Shown here piece after piece: positions 41,090 through 49,456 of a DNA stretch of 57,233 bases. The stretch spans positions 1 through 57,233 of the forward strand of contig CAJXCG010000001.1 in the NCBI GenBank assembly GCA_913051715.1, given 5' to 3'. Source of the stretch: an uncultured Rhodobiaceae bacterium (lineage in GTDB: Bacteria > Pseudomonadota > Alphaproteobacteria > RS24). The notes beneath the pieces are model-generated. The model saw nothing but the letters and a program-made list of their open reading frames with translations. It did not search any database and was not told the DNA's origin. Position numbers and translations under genes: made by a program. Numbering within the stretch: position 1 is the stretch's first letter; every line of letters begins with the position of its first letter.

Positions 41090-42004
41090 TTAAAGCGACG
41101 CAGCAGTGCCGAGCGGTGGCGGCAGGGCGGCAATCACCGCGTCGCGGCTGTAGCCGTCTTGACGCAGACCCCGAAAGCCCGGATCGCCCGCCTGCTTTGA
41201 CAAGCGCCTCCCCGACACATCGCGCACCAAGGCGTGATGAAAATATTGCGGTTCCGGAAGGCCCAGCAAAATCTGCAACACGCGGTGGATGTGGGTTGCG
41301 TTTAACAGGTCGCGCCCGCGTGTCACTTGGGTTATGCGCTGATCGGCATCGTCAATGACCACGCTCAGATGATAGCTGGTCGGCATATCTTTGCGCGCCA
41401 GCACGACATCGCCAAAACGATGCCCGTCAACGTCGATACGTTGCGGCGTCCCGCTCGAAACTTCGGTGAAAAATATCGGGCCGTCATTCAGTTTTTCCGC
41501 CTCGGCGATCGCGCGGTGCATCCGCAAGCGCCACGCATAGCCGCCGCCGCGCCACATCAGGCTTTGTCGGTGTTCGGTGCTGATATCGCGGTAAAGCCCC
41601 GGATAAACCGGCGCGCCGTCAGGGTCGCGCGGCCAGTTTTCGCCGCCGCCCGGCATGGCGTCAATCGCTGCGGCAATCTCGGCCCGCGACGCCCAGCACG
41701 GATACACCAGGTCGCGGTCGCGCAAAGACGCCAGCGCAGCTTCGTAAACCGCAAATCGCGTGGATTGCACGAGCACGGGCTCGGGCCATGTCAGCCCCAG
41801 CCAAGCCAGGTCTTGATAAATGCCGTCGACAAAATGCGGGCGCGCGCGACCTGTGTCGATGTCTTCAATACGCAGCAAAAATGCGCCGTTATGCTGGGCT
41901 GCCTGCTGCGCCGCCAGCAGCGCGGAATAGGCGTGGCCCAGATGCAGCCAGCCATTTGGACTGGGCGCAAAGCGGGTCACGAAATTTTTTTGCTTTTCCA
42001 TCAT
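41090..42004 (-). CDS. gluQ: tRNA glutamyl-Q(34) synthetase
   Basis: The sequence has TRFAPSPNGWLHLGH (HIGH-type motif). It is a truncated GluRS catalytic domain without an anticodon-binding domain, about 304 aa. It also carries KLSKQ-like RLSKQ. Confidence 0.85.
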   Translation of the reverse strand: MMEKQKNFVTRFAPSPNGWLHLGHAYSALLAAQQAAQHNGAFLLRIEDIDTGRARPHFVDGIYQDLAWLGLTWPEPVLVQSTRFAVYEAALASLRDRDLVYPCWASRAEIAAAIDAMPGGGENWPRDPDGAPVYPGLYRDISTEHRQSLMWRGGGYAWRLRMHRAIAEAEKLNDGPIFFTEVSSGTPQRIDVDGHRFGDVVLARKDMPTSYHLSVVIDDADQRITQVTRGRDLLNATHIHRVLQILLGLPEPQYFHHALVRDVSGRRLSKQAGDPGFRGLRQDGYSRDAVIAALPPPLGTAASL

Positions 42005-42031
42005 CGACAATCTGCGGATACTGTAGCCCGC

Positions 42032-42661
42032 ATGAAAAAATTTAACACCAATGCCGATCTCGACTATGCGTGTCGGCAGCTTGCGGCGCAAGATGCCCGT
42101 CTCGGCTATGTTTATGAAACTTATGGGGTGCCGCCCATGCGCCGGGCACAAACCGGCTTTGCCGGGCTTGTACGGATTTTAATCGCCCAGCAAGTGTCAA
42201 CCGCGGCGGCGACCGCCATTCAAAATCGGGTCAATGCCCAACTGCCCGAAATGACCCCGCAAGCTTGGCTGGCGCTTGAGGATGCGGCGCTGGCAGCATG
42301 TGGGGTGTCGGCCCCCAAGCGGCGCTATCTGTCGGGACTGGCCCAAGCCGTGCTGGATGAGCGCTTGCGGTTTGCCGCGCTGCACCGCGCCGAAAATGAT
42401 GTGGCACATGAGATGCTCACCGCGCTGACCGGTATTGGGCCGTGGACGGCAGATTGCTATTTGCTGTTCAATATGCGCCGCGCGGATTGCTTTCCGGCGG
42501 GCGACCTTGCCTTGCAGGAGGGCTATCGTCTGCTATATCGCAAAAACACCCGCCCCGATGCGGCACAACTGGCGGGGCTGGCGCAAGTGTGGTCGCCGTA
42601 TCGCGGTGCCGCGGCACGGCTGCTATGGGTGTATTACGGCCAACAGCGACAAAAGGTCTGA
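42032..42661 (+). CDS. DNA-3-methyladenine glycosylase II family (HhH-GPD) protein
   Basis: 209-aa ORF with the helix-hairpin-helix LTALTGIGPWTADCYLLF followed by the catalytic Asp region (AGDLAL). Confidence 0.75.
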   Translation: MKKFNTNADLDYACRQLAAQDARLGYVYETYGVPPMRRAQTGFAGLVRILIAQQVSTAAATAIQNRVNAQLPEMTPQAWLALEDAALAACGVSAPKRRYLSGLAQAVLDERLRFAALHRAENDVAHEMLTALTGIGPWTADCYLLFNMRRADCFPAGDLALQEGYRLLYRKNTRPDAAQLAGLAQVWSPYRGAAARLLWVYYGQQRQKV

Positions 42662-42785
42662 TGGCCTGTGGCTTGGCATTGCGCCGCCGTCATGTAACAC
42701 TCGCGTCACTTTTTTTGGCATAATTGAGGCAGGGTGATTCGGTAACGAATCGAAGAGCTTCGGTGGTAGTCAGATCAGAAAGGGT

Positions 42786-43397
42786 GTGACAGAGATGCAA
42801 ATAGCACGACCGGATATAAGTGATTTCGTCAAAGCGGCCCCGCCGGATTTTAAAAATCCAGAAAGTTGCCCGGCGCTGGTGCTCAATGCCGATTTTCGAC
42901 CGCTCAGCTATTACCCGCTTTCGCTTTGGTCGTGGCAGGACACGCTGAAAGCGGTGTTTCTGGATCGGGTCAATATCGTATCGGAATACGATACGATCGT
43001 GCGCTCGCCCTCGACCGATTTTGTGCTGCCCAGTGTTGTGTCACTGAAAACATACGTCAAACCGCCGCGTTTTCCGGCGTTCACACGCTTTAACGTGTTT
43101 TTACGCGACGGGTTTAGTTGTCAATATTGCGGCTCACCGCATGATCTGACCTTTGACCATGTTATTCCGCGCCGCGCCGGAGGCCGCACGACATGGGAAA
43201 ATGTTGTCGCTGCGTGCAGCCCGTGTAATCTCCGCAAGGGCGGGCGTCTGCCGAAGCAGGCCAATATGGTGCCGCGCAACACGCCGCGCCAACCGACCGT
43301 GTATGAGTTGCACGAAACCGGCCGACGGTTTCCGCCAAATTACTGCCACGAAAGCTGGCAGGACTATCTGTATTGGGATACGGAACTTGAGCCGTAA
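42786..43397 (+). CDS. HNH endonuclease family protein
   Basis: The C-terminal HNH motif is CQYCG...LTFDHVIPRRAGGRTTWENVVAACSPCNLRKG. The track start at 42786 is GTG. An ATG lies at 42795. Confidence 0.8.
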   Translation: MTEMQIARPDISDFVKAAPPDFKNPESCPALVLNADFRPLSYYPLSLWSWQDTLKAVFLDRVNIVSEYDTIVRSPSTDFVLPSVVSLKTYVKPPRFPAFTRFNVFLRDGFSCQYCGSPHDLTFDHVIPRRAGGRTTWENVVAACSPCNLRKGGRLPKQANMVPRNTPRQPTVYELHETGRRFPPNYCHESWQDYLYWDTELEP

Positions 43398-43419
43398 GCG
43401 CGCCCGCAATCAGTAAAAT

Positions 43420-43977
43420 TTAATAGCGTTCCGACGCGCGAATGGCGGCGCGGCACCCAAACCTGATGATGCGTGTCATCAGGGCGTAGCCGGGGGCGTC
43501 TTCGGCACCGGCATCCAGCGCGGTTTGGCGATGTTCGGCTTCATCGGCGCGAAATTGTGTAATCGCCGCCGCCAAATCTGCTTCCGCTTCATGACCTTCA
43601 AGCGCGTCAAGTTGGGCACCGTAATGCGCGTCAATTTCCGCTTCAACGGCGGCGGTGCAAGCCATTGCCGCTTTTTCGCCCATCATCGCGGTGACGGCAC
43701 CCAGCGCAAATCCCGCCACATTCCAAGCCGGCCCAAAAACTGTCGGGCGCACGCGGCGCGTGGTGATGAGTTGGTCAAAATGGTCGAGATGGGTTTGTTC
43801 GTGCTGCGCCATGTCACGAATGAGCTTGGCGGTCTCCTCAAACCCCGGCACCTGGTCGAAAATGGCAAGCTGACCGTCGTAAATCCGCACCGCGCCATGC
43901 TCGCCCGCATGGTCGACGCGGATCATTTCGCTGACGCGCGCCGATGTCGGGGTTTGTTCGGATGTTTGTTTCGTCAT
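43420..43977 (-). CDS. coq7: demethoxyubiquinone hydroxylase (Coq7 family di-iron carboxylate protein)
   Basis: 185-aa ORF with IRVDHAGEHGA and repeated E-x-x-H ligand motifs (EQTH, EAEH). Confidence 0.9.
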   Translation of the reverse strand: MTKQTSEQTPTSARVSEMIRVDHAGEHGAVRIYDGQLAIFDQVPGFEETAKLIRDMAQHEQTHLDHFDQLITTRRVRPTVFGPAWNVAGFALGAVTAMMGEKAAMACTAAVEAEIDAHYGAQLDALEGHEAEADLAAAITQFRADEAEHRQTALDAGAEDAPGYALMTRIIRFGCRAAIRASERY

Positions 43978-44477
43978 GATGGTGTCTCCTCTGAAAGCGC
44001 GCGGCCGGCGCCGTGCCAGGCCACAAGCGCCAAGCCGGCACTTGCAAGAAAATTATACCCTGCCATGGATATGCCGAACACGGTGAAGGCGGCTTCATCG
44101 CAGCGCACGGGCTTGGTTTGCGCCATAGCGCTCAGCAATTCGGCAGTGCTATCGAACCCGACCGTGCCACCGCCGCAGCCGGACGGCCCGGCCCACAGCC
44201 CATATTCCACACCGGCATGATAAAAGCCCAATGCGGCCCCCAGCGCGAAAATGACGCCCACCGGCACCAACAAGCCGCGCAAGGCAGTCGGCGCGGATGC
44301 GGCACCAGCCCAAATTAGCGCCGCCAGCGGCAAGGCCACATAATACGGCCAGCGTTGTTGCAAGCACAGCGCACACGGCACCAACCCGCCCCAGACCTCG
44401 CTGATGAGCGCGGTTGCCAGCACAGCTGTGCCCGCCAGCGTGATCACAGCTGCATGTATTTTGAGGTCGTTTTGCAT
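43974..44477 (-). CDS. dsbB: disulfide bond formation protein B family
   Basis: 167-aa four-TM ORF with CALCLQQRWPYY in the first periplasmic loop and a second Cys pair region. The stop overlaps the coq7 start (ATGA). Confidence 0.7.
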   Translation of the reverse strand: MQNDLKIHAAVITLAGTAVLATALISEVWGGLVPCALCLQQRWPYYVALPLAALIWAGAASAPTALRGLLVPVGVIFALGAALGFYHAGVEYGLWAGPSGCGGGTVGFDSTAELLSAMAQTKPVRCDEAAFTVFGISMAGYNFLASAGLALVAWHGAGRALSEETPS

Positions 44478-44486
44478 GTGCGTTTC

Positions 44487-45068
44487 CTAATGCCGCATGA
44501 AAAGATAGACAAACAAAATAAGTGCCAGCACGCCCGTCACCACCGACATGCGCGCAAAATTGCGTTCAAACTGCTTACGCATGCCGGGGCCAAGATAATA
44601 AACGCCGGCGGCCACCAAATAAAACCGCACGCCGCGCCCGACCAGGCTCGTCATAAAAAACCCCAAAAGCGGCAGACCGGCCACGCCGCTGGCAATGGTG
44701 GCAATTTTGAACGGCAGGAAGGTTACGGCAGCAGCCAGCAAGACCAGCAACCCCCAATCGGCATAAAAAGCCTGAAAACTGTCAAAAGCTTCTTGCCCGC
44801 CATAGAGAAAAACAATTTGCGTGCCGAGCGTGTCCCAGAACAAGGCTCCGATGGCATAGCCCAGCAACGCACCCAGCGCCGATGTGACGGTGGTGATTGC
44901 CGCCAATATCCATGCGCGTGCGCGCTCGGCATAGATCATCGGTACCAGCAGCAAGTCGGGCGGCAGCGGAAAAACCGAGCTTTCAATAAACGACACCGCG
45001 CCCAACACCCAGCTTGCGCGGCGGTGGGCGGAGAGTTTTAACACGGCGTTATAAAGTGGTCGCAACAT
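44487..45068 (-). CDS. YqaA/DedA-like (SNARE-associated domain) membrane protein
   Basis: ESSVFPLPPDLLLVPM motif and multiple TM helices. The ATG at 45068 was chosen inside the longer track ORF. Confidence 0.65.
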   Translation of the reverse strand: MLRPLYNAVLKLSAHRRASWVLGAVSFIESSVFPLPPDLLLVPMIYAERARAWILAAITTVTSALGALLGYAIGALFWDTLGTQIVFLYGGQEAFDSFQAFYADWGLLVLLAAAVTFLPFKIATIASGVAGLPLLGFFMTSLVGRGVRFYLVAAGVYYLGPGMRKQFERNFARMSVVTGVLALILFVYLFMRH

Positions 45069-45140
45069 ATCGAAACCATATAGGTGCAGACAGGCGAGGA
45101 AAAGGGGGATTGGGCGTGCTGTCTTGCCGCAAGCAAACCA

Positions 45141-45169
45141 TGGACGCTGGCTTGCGGCTTCTGTATACT
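45141..45169 (+). promoter_or_regulatory. candidate promoter for tRNA-Leu(CAA)
   Basis: TGGACG (45141-45146), 17-nt spacer, TATACT (45164-45169), 13 nt before the mature tRNA 5' end. Pattern match only. Confidence 0.25.
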
Positions 45170-45182
45170 GCGTCAAACGCGA

Positions 45183-45269
45183 GCCCTCGTGGCGGAATTG
45201 GTAGACGCGACGGATTCAAAATCCGTTTCTTTCAACGGAGTGTCGGTTCGAGTCCGACCGAGGGCACCA
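45183..45269 (+). tRNA. tRNA-Leu (anticodon CAA), 87 nt, class II, encoded CCA
   Basis: GCCCTCGTGGCGGAATTGGTAGACGC..., anticodon arm ACGGA-TTCAAAA-TCCGT, T arm TCGGTTCGAGTCCGA, acceptor GCCCTCG/CGAGGGC. Confidence 0.9.
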
Positions 45270-45324
45270 AAAGACAGTGATAAAGACAGAGATATCGCCC
45301 GGACAGGGGCATGTGAGGCTTAAA

Positions 45325-46056
45325 ATGTTTGGATTTGGCAAATGGCGGGTAATCGCCACAGCATTGCAAAAACTGATTGCGGATAAAGAAGACACCAAAC
45401 AAGTGTTTATCATTTTACAGGCGATGGGACGCCGCTCCAGCGTGCGATCGTATAAGCGGTTTCGCAAAAGCGCCAATGCAGAAAAAATTCTGCGCGCCGA
45501 GCGGCCGCTGGTGTCATATTTGAAAGACCGCAAATGGTTGGCGGCCCAGCCGGAAGGCTCATTGGGGCGCGCCTATCTCGACTTTACCGTTACCGAACAA
45601 ATCTCGGCTGACGGGCTGACCCAAGCCAGCGTTGATGGCGGCGGCGCGAACCTCGAATTAACCGGCGACCATTTGGTGTTTTCCGAGCGCCAGCGCGACG
45701 CCCATGATCTATGGCATGTCGCAACTGGCTATGGCCGCGACGGGCTTGGCGAATTGTCTTTGCTGGCCTTCACATGGCGCCAGCTTGGAAATCCCGGCAT
45801 TTTAATGATCATCGCCATGGGCTATCACGCCACCATGCGCGAAGCCCCCCAGCTTCGCATTGGCAAAGCGATCCGCGAAGGCTTCACCAGAGGTCGCAAG
45901 ACCCACTGGCTGCCCGCGGCCGACTGGGAATATTTATTGACCCGTCCGCTTGACGAGGTGCGCCGCACGCTGAACATCACACCACCCAAAGCCTATGACG
46001 CGGTCGCCGATCAGGTGCGCGAATTGGAGCAGGCGGCGCTGATTGCGGCTGAGTAA
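45325..46056 (+). CDS. Coq4-family (ubiquinone biosynthesis protein COQ4-like) protein
   Basis: The ORF contains AHDLWHVATGYGRDGLGE, which is the COQ4-family putative metal-ligand motif HDxxH-x11-E. The ATG at 45325 was chosen. The track start is GTG at 45277. Confidence 0.7.
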   Translation: MFGFGKWRVIATALQKLIADKEDTKQVFIILQAMGRRSSVRSYKRFRKSANAEKILRAERPLVSYLKDRKWLAAQPEGSLGRAYLDFTVTEQISADGLTQASVDGGGANLELTGDHLVFSERQRDAHDLWHVATGYGRDGLGELSLLAFTWRQLGNPGILMIIAMGYHATMREAPQLRIGKAIREGFTRGRKTHWLPAADWEYLLTRPLDEVRRTLNITPPKAYDAVADQVRELEQAALIAAE

Positions 46057-46406
46057 TGGCGCTTACGCTCTACGGCATCGCGAATTGCGACACGGTACGC
46101 AAAGCCCGAAAATGGCTTGAGGCCGAGGGCATTGCCTATGCGTTTCACGACTTCAAAAAACAAGGCTTGAAAGCTGAAACGGTGTATGACTGGCTGTCGC
46201 ATCAACCGCTGGATATTGTTTTGAACCGACGCGGCACAAGCTGGCGCAAGCTCAGCGATGACGAAAAAGCCATAACCGATGAGAAGCAGTTGGTGGCGTT
46301 GATGGTGGCTAATCCCAGCCTTGTCAAGCGTCCGGTTTGTGTGGCGGGGTCAACCGTAACCGTCGGCTTTTCCGACGATGTTCAAGCCACGCTGAAAGCG
46401 CTTTAA
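46056..46406 (+). CDS. ArsC/Spx/MgsR-family protein (YffB-like)
   Basis: 116-aa ORF starting LYGIANCDTVRKARKWLEAEGIAYAFHDFKK. The start overlaps the Coq4-like stop (TAATG). Confidence 0.8.
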   Translation: MALTLYGIANCDTVRKARKWLEAEGIAYAFHDFKKQGLKAETVYDWLSHQPLDIVLNRRGTSWRKLSDDEKAITDEKQLVALMVANPSLVKRPVCVAGSTVTVGFSDDVQATLKAL

Positions 46407-46672
46407 CGCGTGCAGATCACAAACTCATAAAGCGTCAAGCCGCCGGGTGCGGCTTCGGGTTTGGCGGTGGTTTCGACCAATACATGACCGTGTTCGCGCA
46501 GAAAATGCGGCACATCTATGCGCGCCATCGGGTCGGTGGCGTGCAGACAGATAGTCGTTGCGGGCGGCAAACCGCGCAGCGCCTTTTGCAACCGCAACAC
46601 TGGCAACGGACAGGTCAGACCCGTGGCGTCAATATGCATGGGGGCTTCACGCTCGCGCATTGGCATCAACAT
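46403..46672 (-). CDS. TusA-family sulfur-carrier protein
   Basis: The motif DATGLTCPLPVLRLQKAL contains the conserved CP-x-P cysteine. Several in-frame ATGs (46672-46639) are possible starts just downstream of the MBL gene stop. Confidence 0.75.
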   Translation of the reverse strand: MLMPMREREAPMHIDATGLTCPLPVLRLQKALRGLPPATTICLHATDPMARIDVPHFLREHGHVLVETTAKPEAAPGGLTLYEFVICTR

Positions 46673-46685
46673 CGCACATGGCGTG

Positions 46686-47654
46686 TTACTTTTGCGGACG
46701 CGCCGCCGCATAAGCCGCCATGCCGGCAAACAGCTCGGCAATTTCCGGCTCGTGTTCGGCACCAAACTCGCGATACAGCGTGGCGCAATTAATCACAATG
46801 CGCTCGCGGTCGCCCCAATCGTCAAAAACGCCCAGCGCAATATCCATCGCCGCCTCTTGATAACTTAGCCCCGCCTCAAACCGCAGCCGCGCCTCATTGC
46901 GGATGGTCAGCAAATATTGGCGAACTTCTTCGACACCTTGTTTAGTGGTTATCGGCCCATGCCCCGGCACAATGGTTTCGACATCCATGGCCTGAATTTT
47001 TTCGCACGCATCAATCCAATTTTGAACCGGGCCTTCCCATAAAATCGGGTGCCCGCCGATAAACAGGATATCGCCGGTGTAAACCGTGCGGTCAGCAGGC
47101 ACGTGCACCAGCGTATCGCCGGGCGTGTGGGCGGGCCCGACATGCAGCAAATGGACTTCTTTGCCGCCCACATGAATGGTGGTGTCTTCGTCGAACAAAG
47201 TATCGGGAATTTTCTGGTCAACCGATTTGAAATCAAACGGGCCAAAGCAACTGGTCAAATATTTGCCCAACTCGCCCAGTTCCGGCGCCATATCAAGAAA
47301 GCCCTGCACCAGGGCGGGCGGTTCCAGCGCCATGTGTTCGGCGGTGGCGCGATGCGCGATGATTTTTGCATCCGGACAGCAGCAATTTCCATTGCAGTGG
47401 TCGCCATTGTGATGGGTGTTTACAACCATATTGATCGTGTTGGCCGCCTTGCTCGCATCGGCATAGGCGTCCAGCATGTCGCGGGTTAGCGGCACGTCGA
47501 AAAGCGTGTCGATAACAAGCGCTTGGTCGTCATCGACAATCAGCCCGGAGTTCGACCACCCCCAGCCGCCATCGGGTTGCAGCCACGCATAAGCGCCATT
47601 GCCAAGTTGATGCAGACCTTTTTCATAGGCAAATTTCGGGTGCGCGATGGGCAT
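46686..47654 (-). CDS. MBL-fold metallo-hydrolase
   Basis: 322-aa ORF with the THHNGDH (HxHxDH) metal motif and later His/Asp ligands (HTPGD, GHG). The subfamily is not recognisable by eye. Confidence 0.75.
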   Translation of the reverse strand: MPIAHPKFAYEKGLHQLGNGAYAWLQPDGGWGWSNSGLIVDDDQALVIDTLFDVPLTRDMLDAYADASKAANTINMVVNTHHNGDHCNGNCCCPDAKIIAHRATAEHMALEPPALVQGFLDMAPELGELGKYLTSCFGPFDFKSVDQKIPDTLFDEDTTIHVGGKEVHLLHVGPAHTPGDTLVHVPADRTVYTGDILFIGGHPILWEGPVQNWIDACEKIQAMDVETIVPGHGPITTKQGVEEVRQYLLTIRNEARLRFEAGLSYQEAAMDIALGVFDDWGDRERIVINCATLYREFGAEHEPEIAELFAGMAAYAAARPQK

Positions 47655-47742
47655 GATGTGGTTCCTCCTACTCAGATGTTAGGCAATCTCAGCCAGATTT
47701 TCTAATTAAATCGGCGCGCACGCAAAGCGCGGGCGTTCCGGC

Positions 47743-49377
47743 CTAGGCGATATTCAAGGCCAGATTCAGATTTTTGATCTGGCGGTTTTTTTCCGCGCTC
47801 GACCAGCCAAGCCGCGCCGTCATATAGGCAGCAATCGCACCAATCTGGCTGTCGTCCAGCCCACCTGTCTGGCCGTCGCACACGCGCCGCAGCACCACAT
47901 CGTCCAGACAAACCGCCATTTCTTGGCTGACGGCGTAGCTGACTTGCGCGGCAAGATGCGGCGCCAGCGCGCCCGTCAGGGTGTCCTCCAAAGCGCTGGC
48001 AGGGGCTTCCAGCATCGCGTCCAGCCGCTTTCCGTAAAGGCGCGCAAGCCTGCTAATCTGCGCGGGCGCGTATGTGCTGTGGCGCGCTTGTGCGTTTTCG
48101 AGAAATGCAGCAAGCGGGCCATCCGGCGCGTCGTCAAGCGGTTCGCTCATGGTGCGGCAACCGGGGTCGCTTTGGTCGACATAATTAAACGCCAGATCAA
48201 CCACCTGTTGGGCCAGACGCCGACACGTGGTCCATTTGCCGCCCAGCGCCGAGATGAGCCCAAGCGGCCCGCCTTGATCGGCATGGTCGACAATTTCGGC
48301 ACCGCGGCTCATGCCATAGGTTTGACCCGGCGCGTCTCCGGCATCGGCGACCAAGGGGCGCAAGCCGGCATAGGCGTAGACAATGTCATTGCGCGTCAGC
48401 CCGAGACGCGGCAGCGCGGTTTGAACCTTTTTCAGCAGCGCGGCAATGTCGTCGCTATCGGGGTGCACTGTGTCGGGGTCTTGCGTGAACGCCGTGTCGG
48501 TGGTGGCAAAAAGCGTGCATCCCTGCCATGGCAGCACGAATAAATGCTCGTCTTCCAGCGGAATGGCCATGGCAACGCCATTGGTAATATCGCGGGTGAT
48601 GAAGTGGATGCCTTTGGAGCGCATGATTTGTTTGGGTGCCGGTGCGGTGCTGGCGCTTTGCATGACAAAATCGGCCCATGGGCCTGCGGCATTGACCACG
48701 GTTTTGGCGCGCACGGTCGCTTTGCGCCGTGAGCGCATATCGCGCACCGTGACGCAGTGCAGACCGCTTGCGTCATGGGCAAACGCATCGGCGCGCGCAT
48801 AATTCACCGCCACGCCACCGCCCGCCACCGCCGACCGGATCATCGACAAACACAAGCGCTCCGGCGACAGCATTTGCCCGTCATGGTAAATATAACCGCC
48901 GGTTAATCCGTCGCGGGCCAAGCCGGGTGCCAGCCCCAATGTTTGCGCCACGGTCAGCGCGCGACGGCTCGGCATTTTCTGAGCCGGGTCAATTTTGCGA
49001 TTTGTGTCAAACGCCAGCAAATCATAGGCCGCGAGGCCCAGACCCATCACCCATTTGCTTTGCATGAGCGGCTTGTAAGTCGGCAAAACAAAGGGCAGCG
49101 GTTGTACCAGATGCGGCGCAATCCGGCCCCAGACGCGGCGCTCGCGCAAGCCTTCGCGCACCAGCGTGATCTCGCCATTTGCCAGATAACGCAAACCGCC
49201 ATGCATGAGTTTGGACGAGGCGGCAGACGTTGCGGCAGAAAAATCCGACTTGTCGATAAGCGCGACATGCAGACCGCGCAAACAGGCATCCCACGCAATC
49301 GCCGCGCCGGTTGCCCCGCCGCCAATGACCAGCATGTCAAAGACCGCATTGCTTAGAGAGGAAAAATCGCGTTCCAT
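47743..49377 (-). CDS. glpD: FAD-dependent glycerol-3-phosphate dehydrogenase
   Basis: FDMLVIGGGATGAAIAWDA..., SSKLMHGGLRYL and the C-terminal alpha-helical GlpD domain. The ATG at 49377 lies inside the longer track ORF. Confidence 0.85.
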   Translation of the reverse strand: MERDFSSLSNAVFDMLVIGGGATGAAIAWDACLRGLHVALIDKSDFSAATSAASSKLMHGGLRYLANGEITLVREGLRERRVWGRIAPHLVQPLPFVLPTYKPLMQSKWVMGLGLAAYDLLAFDTNRKIDPAQKMPSRRALTVAQTLGLAPGLARDGLTGGYIYHDGQMLSPERLCLSMIRSAVAGGGVAVNYARADAFAHDASGLHCVTVRDMRSRRKATVRAKTVVNAAGPWADFVMQSASTAPAPKQIMRSKGIHFITRDITNGVAMAIPLEDEHLFVLPWQGCTLFATTDTAFTQDPDTVHPDSDDIAALLKKVQTALPRLGLTRNDIVYAYAGLRPLVADAGDAPGQTYGMSRGAEIVDHADQGGPLGLISALGGKWTTCRRLAQQVVDLAFNYVDQSDPGCRTMSEPLDDAPDGPLAAFLENAQARHSTYAPAQISRLARLYGKRLDAMLEAPASALEDTLTGALAPHLAAQVSYAVSQEMAVCLDDVVLRRVCDGQTGGLDDSQIGAIAAYMTARLGWSSAEKNRQIKNLNLALNIA

Positions 49378-49456
49378 GGGGAAAATAACTTCTTTGCGCG
49401 AACAGGGAAATTTATGTGTAGCACGAATTCCAGCGCGTCGGAACTCGGAGACGAAA

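Noticed and set aside
41327-42031. The long plus-strand track ORF 41327-42661 (444 aa) suggests a much larger DNA glycosylase
   Set aside because: The first 235 codons are antisense to gluQ and have shadow-ORF composition. The recognisable HhH-GPD protein starts at the ATG at 42032 (MKKFNTNADLDYA...).
45183-47700. Possible genomic island integrated at tRNA-Leu(CAA), and likewise at tRNA-Leu(CAG), tRNA-Ser and tRNA-Arg
   Set aside because: No integrase, transposase, phage or conjugation gene follows any of the four tRNAs. I saw no direct repeat of a tRNA 3' end downstream. The flanking genes (coq4-like, arsC-family, tusA, MBL, glpD) look like ordinary chromosomal genes with the same codon style as the rest of the window.
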